Shown: positions 47,427 through 61,700 of the stretch, piece by piece
How positions within the stretch are numbered: the first letter of the stretch is position 1
How the letters are laid out: the number at the start of each line of letters is the position of its first letter
Assembly: GCA_032718475.1 (NCBI GenBank)
Contig: JAUCBJ010004955.1
Coordinates: 1-64,000, forward strand
DNA length: 64,000 nucleotides
DNA from: Nemertoderma westbladi
Lineage: Eukaryota > Animalia > Xenacoelomorpha
Reading direction: 5' to 3'
The notes under the pieces: model-generated
Seen by the model: the letters and a program-made list of their open reading frames with translations, nothing else
Database searches by the model: none
Told to the model about the DNA's origin: nothing
Made by a program: the position numbers and the translations under genes

Positions 47427-49877
47427 CAGGGTTGGCAACCAATGGTTTTTCTCACCATTGGTTTTTTATGGTTTTTTGGTTTAACCAACTTTTAAAAAAA
47501 GGCGAAAAAATTGGTTTTTTATGGTTTTTCATAAAATTTTACAATTAACGCTGTAAATAGGTACCGGTAATATAAATCAGACTGCACCCGACGGGTAGTC
47601 GCGTTTCTTTTTCATTTTGCACTGTTAGAATGAAAAAATTTCGAACACTTTGAGTTTTGCTCTTGTTTCTTTTTCATTTTGCACTGTTACATGTAGAATG
47701 AAAAAATTTCGCTCACTTTGAGTTTTGCTCTTGTTTCTTTTTCATTTTGCACTGTTAGAAGGAAAAAATTTCGCTCATTTTGAGTTTTGCTCGCGTTTCT
47801 TTAGGCCTATCTTATCATTTTGCACTGTTCAGCTGTTAGAATGAACAAATTTCTCTCACTTTGAGTTTTGCTCGCGTTTCTTTTCATCTGTTCATTTTGC
47901 AATGGTAATGAAAAGGTTTTGCTCGCTTCGCTGGCGTATGTTTCTCGTTCTGTCGTTAACATTGTTAAAATGTGGTGTGCGCGTTTTTTTGGTGCATGCG
48001 CGGTATATTGTCCAATATTGCGCGGCTGAAATATTGTGCGCAGGCGTTGTGCGCGGTTCAGTGGTGGTTTGCAGCCTGGTGCCTGGCGTGCAGTGGAGCA
48101 GTGCAGACGTCTGGACGTTGGTATGTATTTTGTCACATGCTGACATGGGCTGATGGTGGATGGGTTGGATGAGAGTAAGGACAGAACAGAACAGCAGAAG
48201 AAACGCTTCAAACCAGCATACTGCAGTACTGTATGTGGCCTTATTCAGTTATTCCAGTATTTTGTTCTATTGGCAATTGGGCAAGCGCAAGGGTTGTACT
48301 GTCAGACTGTTGTAGGTAGGTCCTACATTTGTATGTATTGCTGTATTGGATTTAAATAAACCACAGAAAAACCATAAAAAACCATAAAAAACCGAAAAAA
48401 ACCATAAAAAACCAAACAATAAAACCAAAACCAAAAATTTTTTTTCAAAAAACCATGGCAGTTAGGTACAATGGCCAAATCTGGCAACCTCAAAAGTTGC
48501 CACATATGGCAATGTTTATTGCCAAATCTGGCAACTTATGGTTTTTCTAATTTTCGCACGCCCAGAAGCAAAATCGCATTTTGGTAAATAGTTAAGTGAA
48601 AAGATCGCGAGATTTAAATATAATTGACCGTATAAGAAAAAAAATCATCGTCTGAATTTCTCTTAGCAATAGGCCGAAATATGCCTAAAATAATTATTGC
48701 CATTTTTGGCAACCATTAGAATTAAAGAAAAATAATGGTTGCCATTTTTGGCAACAATTATTATTGTGCAGCCCTGTCAGTAACTCTGTTATTGTAAATT
48801 ACTTCAAAATTGGTTACTGACTTGCTTACCCTTTTGTCGAGTTGTGATGATTTATAAACATTATTAGTTGATGAAATGTCAGAATGTAGGCCTATTTAAT
48901 ATGTTGTTAATATGTTAATGGACAGATGGATGAGTCTGTAACAGATACCGTACTGGTAGACTGGTATAAGCCCTATCTGCCTATGGTATAGGCATAAACA
49001 AATCTAAAGAATCACATGCTTCAAAGGCTGAAATGGAAATAAACGTAATAATATTTGACAACGTCAGAACGTTAACATCACCAAAAGGCAGCAAGAAGGC
49101 AAGGGGGCATTAAAGTTTGAGAAACAGCGTGATGGAATAGGATGGCTAAAACGTGTGTCCTTATCTGATCTGATCTGACGGTATCTGACACTTGTTCCAC
49201 CTTGGTTCAGAGCCCACCTTGGTGTAGTCAGGTAGTGGTTACTAGCAACTAGCAACTAGGAATGGAAAGATAGATATACTGAACTGATATAGAGCAGTAG
49301 AGTGAAGGATGATTTAGATTGCTGGACAATTGTATCAGCATTATACAGTTACAATATTTAACTACTAAACTATTATTGGTACCGGTACTGGTACAAAGAA
49401 CAGTCAACCACCTTCCCAAGCAGCGCCAGAGATTACTAGCAAAAATCTCAAAAAAGCAAAAAAAAACTATCACCAGTCAGTCTGTGTTTGTGTTATTGTA
49501 TTGACTCTCATTCTCACCTCATTTATTACGATATATTGCTGTATTTGTTAGAACTTAGAATATGCCACTACCTCTATAAGTATAACCTCAACCTTGAACC
49601 TGGCCCTACCCCTTTGCCTTTTTTCTAGGCCTAACATTAACATTTCAGGATCTAAGGAATGACCATACTGCCATAGAAGGACTTAATGACGCAGAACCTT
49701 ATAATCCATATCCAATGAGTTAGTTAAGTTGCCAAATATGGCAACAACGGCTTTATATAGTTGCCAAATCAGGCAATCAGAATTGTTGCCAGATTTTGCT
49801 TGGTTGCCAAATATGGCAATCACAATCATTGCCAGATTTGGCCATTGTACCTAACTGCATGGTTTTTGCCATCCCTG
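47427..49877. mobile_element. Non-autonomous hAT-type element
   Basis: Imperfect TIRs CAGGGTTGGCAA / TTGCCATCCCTG; 8-bp TSD AGCCTACC (47419-47426, 49878-49885); subterminal GGTTTTT/AAAAACC repeats; internal ~60-bp tandem repeat at 47600-47900. Confidence 0.88.
48459..49857. mobile_element. Non-autonomous TIR element nested in the right end of the hAT element; superfamily unresolved
   Basis: 29-bp TIR CAGTTAGGTACAATGGCCAAATCTGGCAA; 5-bp TSD CATGG (48454-48458, 49858-49862); subterminal TGGCAA repeats. Confidence 0.85.
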
Positions 49878-49900
49878 AGCCTACCCTACCTAAGCCATTC

Positions 49901-50872
49901 TGCTAAGTAGGGCATGTACGCCGAACGCGTTCGGCGCACAATTTTTTCCATAATTTGGAGCAGGCGCAGAAAATTGAGAGCGCAGCGCCGCGCAGCGCCG
50001 CACAGCGCGCAGGCACAGAAAATTTAGAGCGCGGCGCAACAGGCGCAGGCGCAGAAAATTGATAGCACGGGCACGGCTCAGACTTCTGGACTTGCACTAC
50101 AGCACTAAGTCAGTACCGGCAGACCGGTAAGTAGACCTACTGACCTACCCGCTCTGCCGCTACCCCTGGCAGTCTGCTGACTACCGGTAAGGTAACAGGG
50201 TAATGACAATACAGATAAGACCGGTCCTACTAATTACCCAACTTTACCCAAATCTACCCAACTTTACCCAAACTTACCCAACTTTACCCCACTTTACCCA
50301 ACTTTTTACCCAACTTTACCCAACTTTACCCCACTTTACCCAATACCACCCAACTTTACCCAATCGAATACCCAACTACCTATCTGCCGACCAGTGATGC
50401 AATACAGTACAGCAGAAGGCTTACTTACTTACTACAGTACCGGACCAGTAGGCCTACTGTCTGACAGTAGCATTCCAGCAGTCTGTCAGACTGTACAGCT
50501 GTAATACAGTAGGTCATAGTAGGAATGGTTTGTATCAGTGTAGGCCTATCTGCCTATGCAGCCATGGCTTCATGTTTATAGTAGCTTATAGTTATAGTTA
50601 TAGTAGTTTATATGTTTATAGTAGCCTCCTACTTGCTACTTGGCTGCTTGGTGTGCTTTAGGCCAGTACAGCAGTAGGCAGGCAGGTAGGTAGGAGATTT
50701 CGCGCAGTATTTCTGCTGTGCGCGCCAATCTCGCGCAGAATTTCTGCTGCGCGCGCCAATCTCGCGCAGTTTTTTTTGCTGCGCACGCGGATTTTGCACT
50801 GTTTTCGACTGCGCAGGCGCACAATTTTTTCTGCGCCGCGTCGCGTTCGGCGCACAAAAAAATCACTTAGCA
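49901..50872. mobile_element. MITE-like element with GCGC-rich subterminal repeats
   Basis: TGCTAAGT...CGCCGAACGCG on the left, inverse CGCGTTCGGCG...ACTTAGCA on the right; internal ACTTTACCCA 10-mer array at 50235-50365. No TSD resolved. Confidence 0.55.
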
Positions 50873-51009
50873 TACGGGAAAACCTAACAGGGCAACGTGA
50901 AACGTGATCCCCTATTGGCTATTTAGGCCTACCTAACAGACAGTTAGGTAAGTATTATATCTCTTTCTCCCAGATAGATCAGACTTTTTATTCTACCTCT
51001 AATCCCTGT

Positions 51010-51677
51010 ATGGAATCCATCCAAAAAGTGCGCCGGATAGCGCGCCGACCAATTTTTATGCGCGCCGCGCGCCGATGCCATTTCGAAGAAAAACCCTGCG
51101 CCAACTAAATTTTTAAGCACGCCGATGCAATTTCGAAAAAACCCCGCGCCAACTAAAGTTTTAAGCGCGCCACACATTGAAACAATTTTGAAGAGCGCCA
51201 TGCCAATGCAAATTCAATTTTGAGGGAGTGTAACCAATCTGTCAATGTCAGTCAGTATCAGTAGTACTGCTGTACCAGTCCCTGCTGCCCTATACAACAG
51301 TTGCCTAACCAGTGGTTAGGCAACTGTTCTATACTTTCTTTTTCTGTTGTATGGTTCAGTGGTTAGTAACCACTGAACCATACAACAGAAAAAGAAAGGC
51401 GAGCGAAGCGAGCCGAAATTTTTAAACAGCTAATGCAATTTTTAAGGCACTTCCATAGCCAGATAGCCTAACTGCCTAATTGTTAAACCTGTAAACTAAC
51501 AAATCGGCGCCGGTTTTTATTTTTGGGAGCGCCACGGGCCAAAGCCGGCGCGCTTTACGATTTTCGAGCACGTCACGCGCCAAAGTCGGCGCGCTTTACG
51601 ATTTTCGAGCGCGCCACATTGGCGCGCTTTTATTGCAAAGTGCGCCGGATTAATCCGGCGCAAAGTGTATGGATTCC
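51010..51677. mobile_element. MITE-like element with GCGCC subterminal repeats
   Basis: TGGAATCCAT...TGCGCCGGAT on the left, ATCCGGCGCA...ATGGATTCCA on the right. Confidence 0.55.
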
Positions 51678-51979
51678 AGTCTGGCTCTAATCACTGTAAG
51701 ATATGCCTATTCCTGTATTCTGTATGTGGGTACGTTTTCGAGTGAATGGCGCAAATTGACAACAAACACAAATAACTGAACTAGGTGTTCAGTGAGGTGC
51801 GTTTTCGGCAGGGCACCGGGTACGTTTTAACCAGGGTACCATACGTTTTCACTTGTTTCCTATCTGTTTATATAACTGTAACTGTACAGCTATTGCCAGA
51901 TTGCTGTAGGCTTAATGTGACTGCGAAAGGAATAGCTGAATAGACTAGATCCAGATTTCTTAAATAATAAAAATACATC

Positions 51980-52474
51980 ATGTTAATAAAGAAGGTTGAT
52001 CGACGTGCGATACATGAGTCGCTATTCCGAGATGGAGTAATGGTCGCCAAGAAAGATTTTACTCCAACCTCAATGCACCCCGAGTTTAAAGAACTAGCCG
52101 TATCCAACCTGATAGTCGTAAAAGCCTTGACCAGTCTAAAATCTCGCGGATACGTAAAGGAACAGTTTGCTTGGAGGCATTTCTACTGGTACCTAACCAA
52201 TGAGGGGATAGAGTTTCTGCGATCGGATCTCCATCTTCCTCCGGAGATCGTCCCGGCAACGTTGAAACGGACGGCGCGGTCAACAGCGGCCCCGACCCGT
52301 CCGACGCGAGACGACGGAGCTGCCAGACGACCAGTGGTCCCGGCGGACCGAGAGGGCTACCGGAGAGCAGACGCAGCCGGAGGGGTGGGGGGCAAGAAGG
52401 AGGAGGTCGGACCAGGGATGGCCCAGCCCGCCTTCCGTGGGGGCTACGGGAGGGGGAAGGGGATGGACCAATGA
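51980..52474 (+). CDS. RPS10: 40S ribosomal protein S10 (eS10), intronless CDS
   Basis: [57 protein letters not shown]-terminal FRGGYGRG; 164 aa with no disruption. Confidence 0.97.
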   Translation: MLIKKVDRRAIHESLFRDGVMVAKKDFTPTSMHPEFKELAVSNLIVVKALTSLKSRGYVKEQFAWRHFYWYLTNEGIEFLRSDLHLPPEIVPATLKRTARSTAAPTRPTRDDGAARRPVVPADREGYRRADAAGGVGGKKEEVGPGMAQPAFRGGYGRGKGMDQ

Positions 52475-52585
52475 GGGAGCGAGAAGGAGGAACCTATGGG
52501 GACTGGACTGGACCTATTCTGCAGAAAAGGAACTGAGTTAAATACAATTAAAACGGGTTAAATACAGGAAATGCAGTTTATATTT

Positions 52586-52595
52586 AATAAATAAA
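52586..52595 (+). terminator. Polyadenylation signals of RPS10
   Basis: Overlapping AATAAATAAA ~110 nt after the stop, followed by a T/GT-rich downstream element. Confidence 0.7.
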
Positions 52596-52779
52596 GAAAG
52601 TTCTGCCTTTTCATTTTATATGTTTTTGTCACTCCAGTTCAATTCAATATTTTGTTGAATATTTAGCCTCACAATCCAGCCAGATTCAGGATTCTGTTAA
52701 CGCTTTAATTACGGTACACCTAGAGCAGAATTTTATGAGGATTCCAAATTTGAAAATAACCCCGTAAATATAATTTTAG

Positions 52780-55700
52780 CCCGGTGGTGTAGGGCCTACT
52801 TCCTTCACTATTAACCAACCAGACCCCGGTGGTGTACTTCCTTCACTATTAACCAACCAGACCCCGGTGGTGTACTTCCTTCACTATTAACCAACCAGAC
52901 CCCGGTGGTGTACTTCCTTCACTATTAACCAACCAGACCCCGGTGGTGTACTTCCTTCACTATTAACCAACCAGACCCCGGTGGTGTACTTCCTTCACTA
53001 TTAACCAACCAGACCCCGGTGGTGTACTTCCTTCACTATTAACCAACCAGACCCCGGTGGTGTACTTCCTTCACTATTAACCAACCAGACCCCGGTGGTG
53101 TACTTCCTTCACTATTAACCAACCAGACCCCGGTGGTGTACTTCCTTCACTATTAACCAACCAGACCCCGGTGGTATACTTCCTTCACTATTAACCAACC
53201 AGACCCCGGTGGTGTACTTCCTTCACTATTAACCAACCAGACCCGGTGGTGTACTTCCTTCACTATTAACCAACCAGACCCCGGTGGTGTACTTCCTTCA
53301 CTATTAACCAACCAGACCCCGGTGGTGTACTTCCTTCACTATTAACCAACCAGACCCCGGTGGTGTACTTCCTTCACTATTAACCAACCAGACCCCGGTG
53401 GTATACTTCCTTCACTATTAACCAACCAGACCCCGGTGGTGTACTTCCTTCACTATTAACCAACCAGACCCGGTGGTGTACTTCCTTCACTATTAATCAA
53501 CCAGACCCCGGTGGTGTACTTCCTTCACTATTAACCAACCAGACCCCGGTGGTGTACTTCCTTCACTATTAACCAACCAGACCCGGTGGTGTACTTCCTT
53601 CACTATTAACCAACCAGACCCCGGTGGTGTACTTCCTTCACTATTAACCAACCAGACCCCGGTGGTGTACTTCCTTCACTATTAACCAACCAGACCCCGG
53701 TGGTGTACTTCCTCCACTATTAACCAACCAGACCCCTGTGGTGTACTTCCTTCACTATTAACCAACCAGACCCGGTGGTGTACTTCCTTCACTATTAACC
53801 AACCAGACCCCGGTGCGGTGGTGTACTTCCTTCACTATTAACCAACCAGACCCCGGTGCGGTGGTGTACTTCCTTCACTATTAACCAACCAGACCCGGTG
53901 GTGTACTTCCTTCACTATTAATCAACCAGACCCCGGTGGTGTACTTCCTTCACTATTAACCAACCAGACCCCGGTGGTGTACTTCCTTCACTATTAACCA
54001 ACCAGACCCCGGTGGTGTACTTCCTTCACTATTAACCAACCAGACCCGGTGGTGTACTTCCTTCACTATTAATCAACCAGACCCCGGTGGTGTACTTCCT
54101 TCACTATTAACCAACCAGACCCCGGTGGTGTACTTCCTTCACTATTAACCAACCAGACCCCGGTGGTGTACTTCCTTCACTATTAACCAACCAGACCCCG
54201 GTGGTGTACTTCCTTCACTATTAACCAACCAGACCCCGGTGGTGTACTTCCTTCACTATTAACCAACCAGACCCGGTGGTGTACTTCCTTCACTATTAAT
54301 CAACCAGACCCGGTGGTGTACTTCCTTCACTATTAATCAACCAGACCCGGTGGTGTACTTCCTTCACTATTAACCAACCAGACCCGGTGGTGTACTTCCT
54401 TCACTATTAACCAACCAGACCCCCTTGGTGTACTTCCTTCAATATTAACCAACCAGACCCCGGTGGTGTACTTCCTCCACTATTAACCAACCAGACCCCG
54501 GTGGTGTACTTCCTTCACTATTAACCAACCAGACCCGGTGGTGTACTTCCTTCACTATTAACCAACCAGACCCCGGTGGTGTACTTCCTTCACTATTAAC
54601 CAACCAGACCCCGGTGGTGTACTTCCTTCACTATTAACCAACCAGACCCCGGTGGTGTACTTCCTTCACTATTAACCAACCAGACCCCGGTGGTGTACTT
54701 CCTTCACTATTAACCAACCAGACCCCGGTGGTGTACTTCCTTCACTATTAACCAACCAGACCCGGTGGTGTACTTCCTTCACTATTAATCAACCAGACCC
54801 CGGTGGTGTACTTCCTTCACTATTAACCAACCAGACCCCGGTGGTGTACTTCCTTCACTATTAACCAACCAGACCCCGGTGTTGTACTTCTTTCACTATT
54901 AACCAACCAGACCCCGGTGGTGTACTTCCTTCACTATTAACCAACCAGACCCCGGTGTTGTACTTCCTTCACTATTAATCAACCAGACCCCGGTGGTGTA
55001 CTTCCTTCACTATTAACCAACCAGACCCCGGTGGTGTACTTCCTTCACTATTAACCAACCAGACCCCGGTGTTGTACTTCCTTCACTATTAATCAACCAG
55101 ACCCCGGTGGTGTACTTCCTTCACTATTAACCAACCAGACCCCGGTGGTGTACTTCCTTCACTATTAACCAACCAGACCCCGGTGGTGTACTTCCTTCAC
55201 TATTAACCAACCAGACCCCGGTGGTGTACTTCCTCCACTATTAACCAACCAGACCCCGTTGGTGTACTTCCTTCACTATTAACCAACCAGACCCGGTGGT
55301 GTACTTCCTTCACTATTAATCAACCAGACCCCGGTGGTATACTTCCTTCACTATTAACCAACCAGACCCCGGTGGTGTACTTCCTTCACTATTAACCAAC
55401 CAGACCCAGGTGGTGTACTTCCTTCACTATTAACCAACCAGACCCCGGTGGTGTACTTCCTTCACTATTAACCAACCAGACCCGGTGGTGTACTTCCTTC
55501 ACTATTAATCAACCAGACCCGGTGGTGTACTTCCTTCACTATTAATCAACCAGACCCCGGTGGTGTACTTCCTTCACTATTAACCAACCAGACCCCGGTG
55601 GTGTACTTCCTTCACTATTAACCAACCAGACCCCGGTGGTGTACTTCCTTCACTATTAACCAACCAGACCCCGGTGGTGTACTTCCTTCACTATTAACCA

Positions 55701-58700
55701 ACCAGACCCGGTGGTGTACTTCCTTCACTATTAACCAACCAGACCCGGTGGTGTACTTCCTTCACTATTAATCAACCAGACCCCGGTGGTGTACTTCCTT
55801 CACTATTAACCAACCAGACCCGGTGGTGTACTTCCTTCACTATTAATCAACCAGACCCCGGTGGTGTACTTCCTTCACTATTAACCAACCAGACCCCGGT
55901 GGTGTACTTCCTTCACTATTAACCAACCAGACCCGGTGGTGTACTTCCTTCACTATTAACCAACCAGACCCGGTGGTGTACTTCCTTCACTATTAACCAA
56001 CCAGACCCCGGTGGTGTACTTCCTTCACTATTAACCAACCAGACCCCGGTGGTGTACTTCCTCCACTATTAACCAACCAGACCCCGGTGGTGTACTTCCT
56101 TCACTATTAACCAACCAGACCCGGTGGTGTACTTCCTTCACTATTAACCAACCAGACCCCGGTGCGGTGGTGTACTTCCTTCACTATTAACCAACCAGAC
56201 CCCGGTGCGGTGGTGTACTTCCTTCACTATTAACCAACCAGACCCGGTGGTGTACTTCCTTCACTATTAACCAACCAGACCCGGTGGTGTACTTCCTTCA
56301 CTATTAATCAACCAGACCCGGTGGTGTACTTCCTTCACTATTAACCAACCAGACCCCGGTGGTGTACTTCCTTCACTATTAACCAACCAGACCCCGGTGG
56401 TGTACTTCCTTCACTATTAACCAACCAGACCCGGTGGTGTACTTCCTTCACTATTAATCAACCAGACCCGGTGGTGTACTTCCTTCACTATTAATCAACC
56501 AGACCCGGTGGTGTACTTCCTTCACTATTAACCAACCAGACCCGGTGGTGTACTTCCTTCACTATTAACCAACCAGACCCCCGTGGTGTACTTCCTTCAC
56601 TATTACCCAACCAGACCCCGGTGGTGTACTTCCTCCACTATTAACCAACCAGACCCCGGTGGTGTACTTCCTTCACTATTAACCAACCAGACCCGGTGGT
56701 GTACTTCCTTCACTATTAACCAACCAGACCCCGGTGGTGTACTTCCTTCACTATTAACCAACCAGACCCCGGTGGTGTACTTCCTTCACTATTAACCAAC
56801 CAGACCCCGGTGGTGTACTTCCTTCACTATTAACCAACCAGACCCCGGTGGTGTACTTCCTTCACTATTAACCAACCAGACCCCGGTGGTGTACTTCCTT
56901 CACTATTAACCAACCAGACCCGGTGGTGTACTTCCTTCACTATTAATCAACCAGACCCCGGTGGTGTACTTCCTTCACTATTAACCAACCAGACCCCGGT
57001 GGTGTACTTCCTTCACTATTAACCAACCAGACCCCGGTGGTGTACTTCCTTCACTATTAACCAACCAGACCCCGGTGGTGTACTTCCTTCACTATTAACC
57101 AACCAGACCCCGGTGGTGTACTTCCTTCACTATTAACCAACCAGACCCCGGTGGTGTACTTCCTTCACTATTAACCAACCAGACCCCGGTGGTGTACTTC
57201 CTTCACTATTAACCAACCAGACCCCGGTGGTGTACTTCCTTCACTATTAACCAACCAGACCCCGGTGGTGTACTTCCTTCACTATTAACCAACCAGACCC
57301 CGGTGGTGTACTTCCTTCACTATTAACCAACCAGACCCCGGTGGTGTACTTCCTTCACTATTAACCAACCAGACCCGGTGGTGTACTTCCTTCACTATTA
57401 ATCAACCAGACCCCGGTGGTGTACTTCCTTCACTATTAACCAACCAGACCCCGGTGGTGTACTTCCTTCACTATTAACCAACCAGACCCCGGTGGTGTAC
57501 TTCCTTCACTATTAACCAACCAGACCCCGGTGGTGTACTTCCTTCACTATTAACCAACCAGACCCCGGTGGTGTACTTCCTTCACTATTAACCAACCAGA
57601 CCCCGGTGGTGTACTTCCTTCACTATTAACCAACCAGACCCCGGTGGTGTACTTCCTTCACTATTAACCAACCAGACCCCGGTGGTGTACTTCCTTCACT
57701 ATTAACCAACCAGACCCCGGTGGTGTACTTCCTTCACTATTAACCAACCAGACCCCGGTGGTGTACTTCCTTCACTATTAACCAACCAGACCCCGGTGGT
57801 GTACTTCCTTCACTATTAACCAACCAGACCCCGGTGGTGTACTTCCTTCACTATTAACCAACCAGACCCCGGTGGTGTACTTCCTCCACTATTAACCAAC
57901 CAGACCCGGTGGTGTACTTCCTTCACTATTAATCAACCAGACCCCGGTGGTGTACTTCCTTCACTATTAACCAACCAGACCCCGGTGGTATACTTCCTTC
58001 ACTATTAACCAACCAGACCCCGGTGGTGTACTTCCTTCACTATTAACCAACCAGACCCCCTTGGTGTACTTCCTTCACTATTAACCAACCAGACCCCGGT
58101 GGTGTACTTCCTCCACTATTAACCAACCAGACCCCGGTGGTGTACTTCCTTCACTATTAACCAACCAAACCCCGGTGGTGTACTTCCTCCACTATTAACC
58201 AACCAGACCCAGGTGGTGTACTTCCTTCACTATTAACCAACCAGACCCCGGTGGTGTACTTCCTTCACTATTAACCAACCAGACCCCGGTGGTGTACTTC
58301 CTTCACTATTAACCAACCAGACCCCGGTGGTGTACTTCCTTCACTATTAACCAACCAGACCCCGGTGGTGTACTTCCTTCACTATTAACCAACCAGACCA
58401 AGGTGGTGTACTTCCTTCACTATTAACCAACCAGACCCCGGTGGTGTACTTCCTTCACTATTAACCAACCAGACCCAGGTGGTGTACTTCCTTCACTATT
58501 AACCAACCAGACCCCGGTGGTGTACTTCCTTCACTATTAACCAACCAGACCCCGGTGGTGTACTTTCTTCACTATTAACCAACCAGACCCCGGTGGTGTA
58601 CTTCCTTCACTATTAACCAACCAGACCCAGGTGGTGTACTTCCTTCACTATTAACCAACCAGACCCCGGTGGTGTACTTCCTTCACTATTAACCAACCAG

Positions 58701-61700
58701 ACCCCGGTGGTGTACTTCCTTCACTATTAACCATCCAGACCCCGGTGGTGTACTTCCTTCACTATTAACCAACCAGACCCCGGTGGTGTACTTCCTTCAC
58801 TATTAACCAACCAGACCCCGGTGGTGTACTTCCTTCACTATTAACCAACCAGACCCCGGTGGTGTACTTCCTTCACTATTAACCAACCAGACCCCGGTGG
58901 TGTACTTCCTTCACTATTAACCAACCAGACCCCGGTGGTGTACTTCCTTCACTATTAACCAACCAGACCCCGGTGGTGTACTTCCTTCACTATTAACCAA
59001 CCAGACCCAGGTGGTGTACTTCCTTCACTATTAACCAACCAGACCCCGGTGGTGTACTTCCTTTACTATTAACCAACCAGACCCCGGTGGTGTACTTCCT
59101 TCACTATTAACCAACCAGACCCAGGTGGTGTACTTCCTTCACTATTAACCAACCAGACCCCGGTGGTGTACTTCCTTCACTATTAACCAACCAGACCCCG
59201 GTGGTGTACTTCCTTCACTATTAACCAACCATACCCAGGTGGTGTACTTCCTTCACTATTAACCAACCAGACCCCGGTGGTGTACTTCCTTCACTATTAA
59301 CCAACCAGACCCCGGTGGTGTACTTCCTTCACTATTAACCAACCAGACCCCGGTGGTGTACTTCCTTCACTATTAACCAACCAGACCCCGGTGGTGTACT
59401 TCCTTCACTATTAACCAACCAGACCCCGGTGGTGTACTTCCTTCACTATTAACCAACCAGACCCAGGTGGTGTACTTCCTTCACTATTAACCAACCAGAC
59501 CCCGGTGGTGTACTTCCTTCACTATTAACCAACCAGACCCCGGTGGTGTACTTCCTTCACTATTAACCAACCAGACCCCGGTGGTGTACTTCCTTCACTA
59601 TTAACCAACCAGACCCCGGTGGTGTACTTCCTTCACTATTAACCAACCAGACCCCGGTGGTGTACTTCCTTCACTATTAACCAACCAGACCCCGGTGGTG
59701 TACTTCCTCCACTATTAACCAACCAGACCCGGTGGTGTACTTCCTTCACTATTAACCAACCAGACCCCGGTGGTGTACTTCCTTCACTATTAACCAACCA
59801 GACCCCGGTGGTGTACTTCCTTCACTATTAACCAACCAGACCCCGGTGGTATACTTCCTTCACTATTAACCAACCAGACCCCGGTGGTGTACTTCCTTCA
59901 CTATTAACCAACCAGACCCCCTTGGTGTACTTCCTTCACTATTAACCCACCAGACCCCAGTGGTGTACTTCCTTCACTATTAACCAACCAGACCCCGGTG
60001 GTGTACTTCCTTCACTATTAACCAACCAGACCCCGGTGGTATACTTCCTTCACTATTAACCAACCAGACCCCGGTGGTGTACTTCCTTCACTATTAACCA
60101 ACCAGACCCCCTTGGTGTACTTCATTCACTATTAACCAACCAGACCCCGGTGGTGTACTTCCTTCACTATTAATCAACCAGACCCCGGTGGTGTACTTCC
60201 TCCACTATTAACCAACCAGACCCGGTGGTGTACTTCCTTCACTATTAATCAACCAGAACCCGGTGGTGTACTTCCTTCACTATTAACCAACCAGACCCCG
60301 GTGGTATACTTCCTTCACTATTAACCAACCAGACCCCCTTGGTGAACTTCCTTCACTATTAACCAACCAGACCCGGTGGTGTACTTCCTTCACTATTAAC
60401 CAACCAGACCCCCTTGGTGTACTTCTTTCACTATTAACCAACCAGACCCCCTTGGTGTACTTCCTTCACTATTAACCAACCAGACCCCCTTGGTGTACTT
60501 CCTTCACTATTAACCAACCAGACCCCCTTGGTGTACTTCCTTCACTATTAACCAACCAGACCCCCTTGGTGTACTTCCTTCACTATTAACCAACCAGACC
60601 CCCTTGGTGTACTTCCTTCACTATTAACCAACCAGACCCCCTTGGTATACTTCCTTCACTATTAACCAACCAGACCCCCTTGGTGTACTTCCTCCACTAT
60701 TAACCAACCAGACCCCCTTGCTGTACTTCCTTCACTATTAACCAACCAGACCCCCTTGCTGTACTTCCTTCACTATTAACCAACCAGACCCCGGTGGTGT
60801 ACTTCCTTCACTATTAATCAACCAGACCCCGGTGGTGTACTTCCTCCACTATTAACCAACCAGACCCGGTGGTGTACTTCCTTCACTATTAACCAACCAG
60901 ACCCCGGTGGTGTACTTCCTTCACTATTAACCAACCAGACCCCCTTAGTGTACTTCCTTCACTATTAACCAACCAGACCCCGGTGGTGTACTTCCTTCAC
61001 TATTAACCAACCAGACCCCCTTGGTGTACTTCCTTCACTATTAATCAACCAGACCCCGGTGGTGTACTTCCTTCACTATTAACCAACCAGACCCCGGTGG
61101 TGTACTTCCTCCACTATTAACCAACCAGACCCAGGTGGTGTACTTCCTTCACTATTAACCAACCAGACCCCGGTGGTGTACTTCCTTCACTATTAACCAA
61201 CCAGACCCCGGTGATGTACTTCCTTCACTATTAACCAACCAGACCCAGGTGGTGTACTTCCTTCACTATTAACCAACCAGACCCCGGTGGTGTACTTCCT
61301 TCACTATTAACCAACCAGACCCCGGTGGTGTACTTCCTTCACTATTAACCAACCAGACCCCGGTGGTGTACTTCCTTCACTATTAACCAACCAGAACCCG
61401 GTGGTGTACTTCCTTCACTATTAACTAACCAGACCCCGGTGGTGTACTTCCTTCACTATTAACCAACCAGACCCCGGTGGTGTACTTCCTCCACTATTAA
61501 CCAACCAGACCCGGTGATGTACTTCCTTCACTATTAACCAACCAGACCCCGGTGGTGTACTTCCTTCACTATTAACCAACCAGACCCCGGTGGTGTACTT
61601 CCTTCACTATTAACCAACCAAACCCCGGTGGTGTACTTCCTTCACTATTAACCAACCAGACCTCGGTGGTGTACTTCCTTCACTATTAACCAACCAGACC

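Noticed and set aside
50235-50365. Telomeric repeat
   Set aside because: The unit is ACTTTACCCA, not TTAGGG/TTAGG, and it is internal to a MITE-like element.
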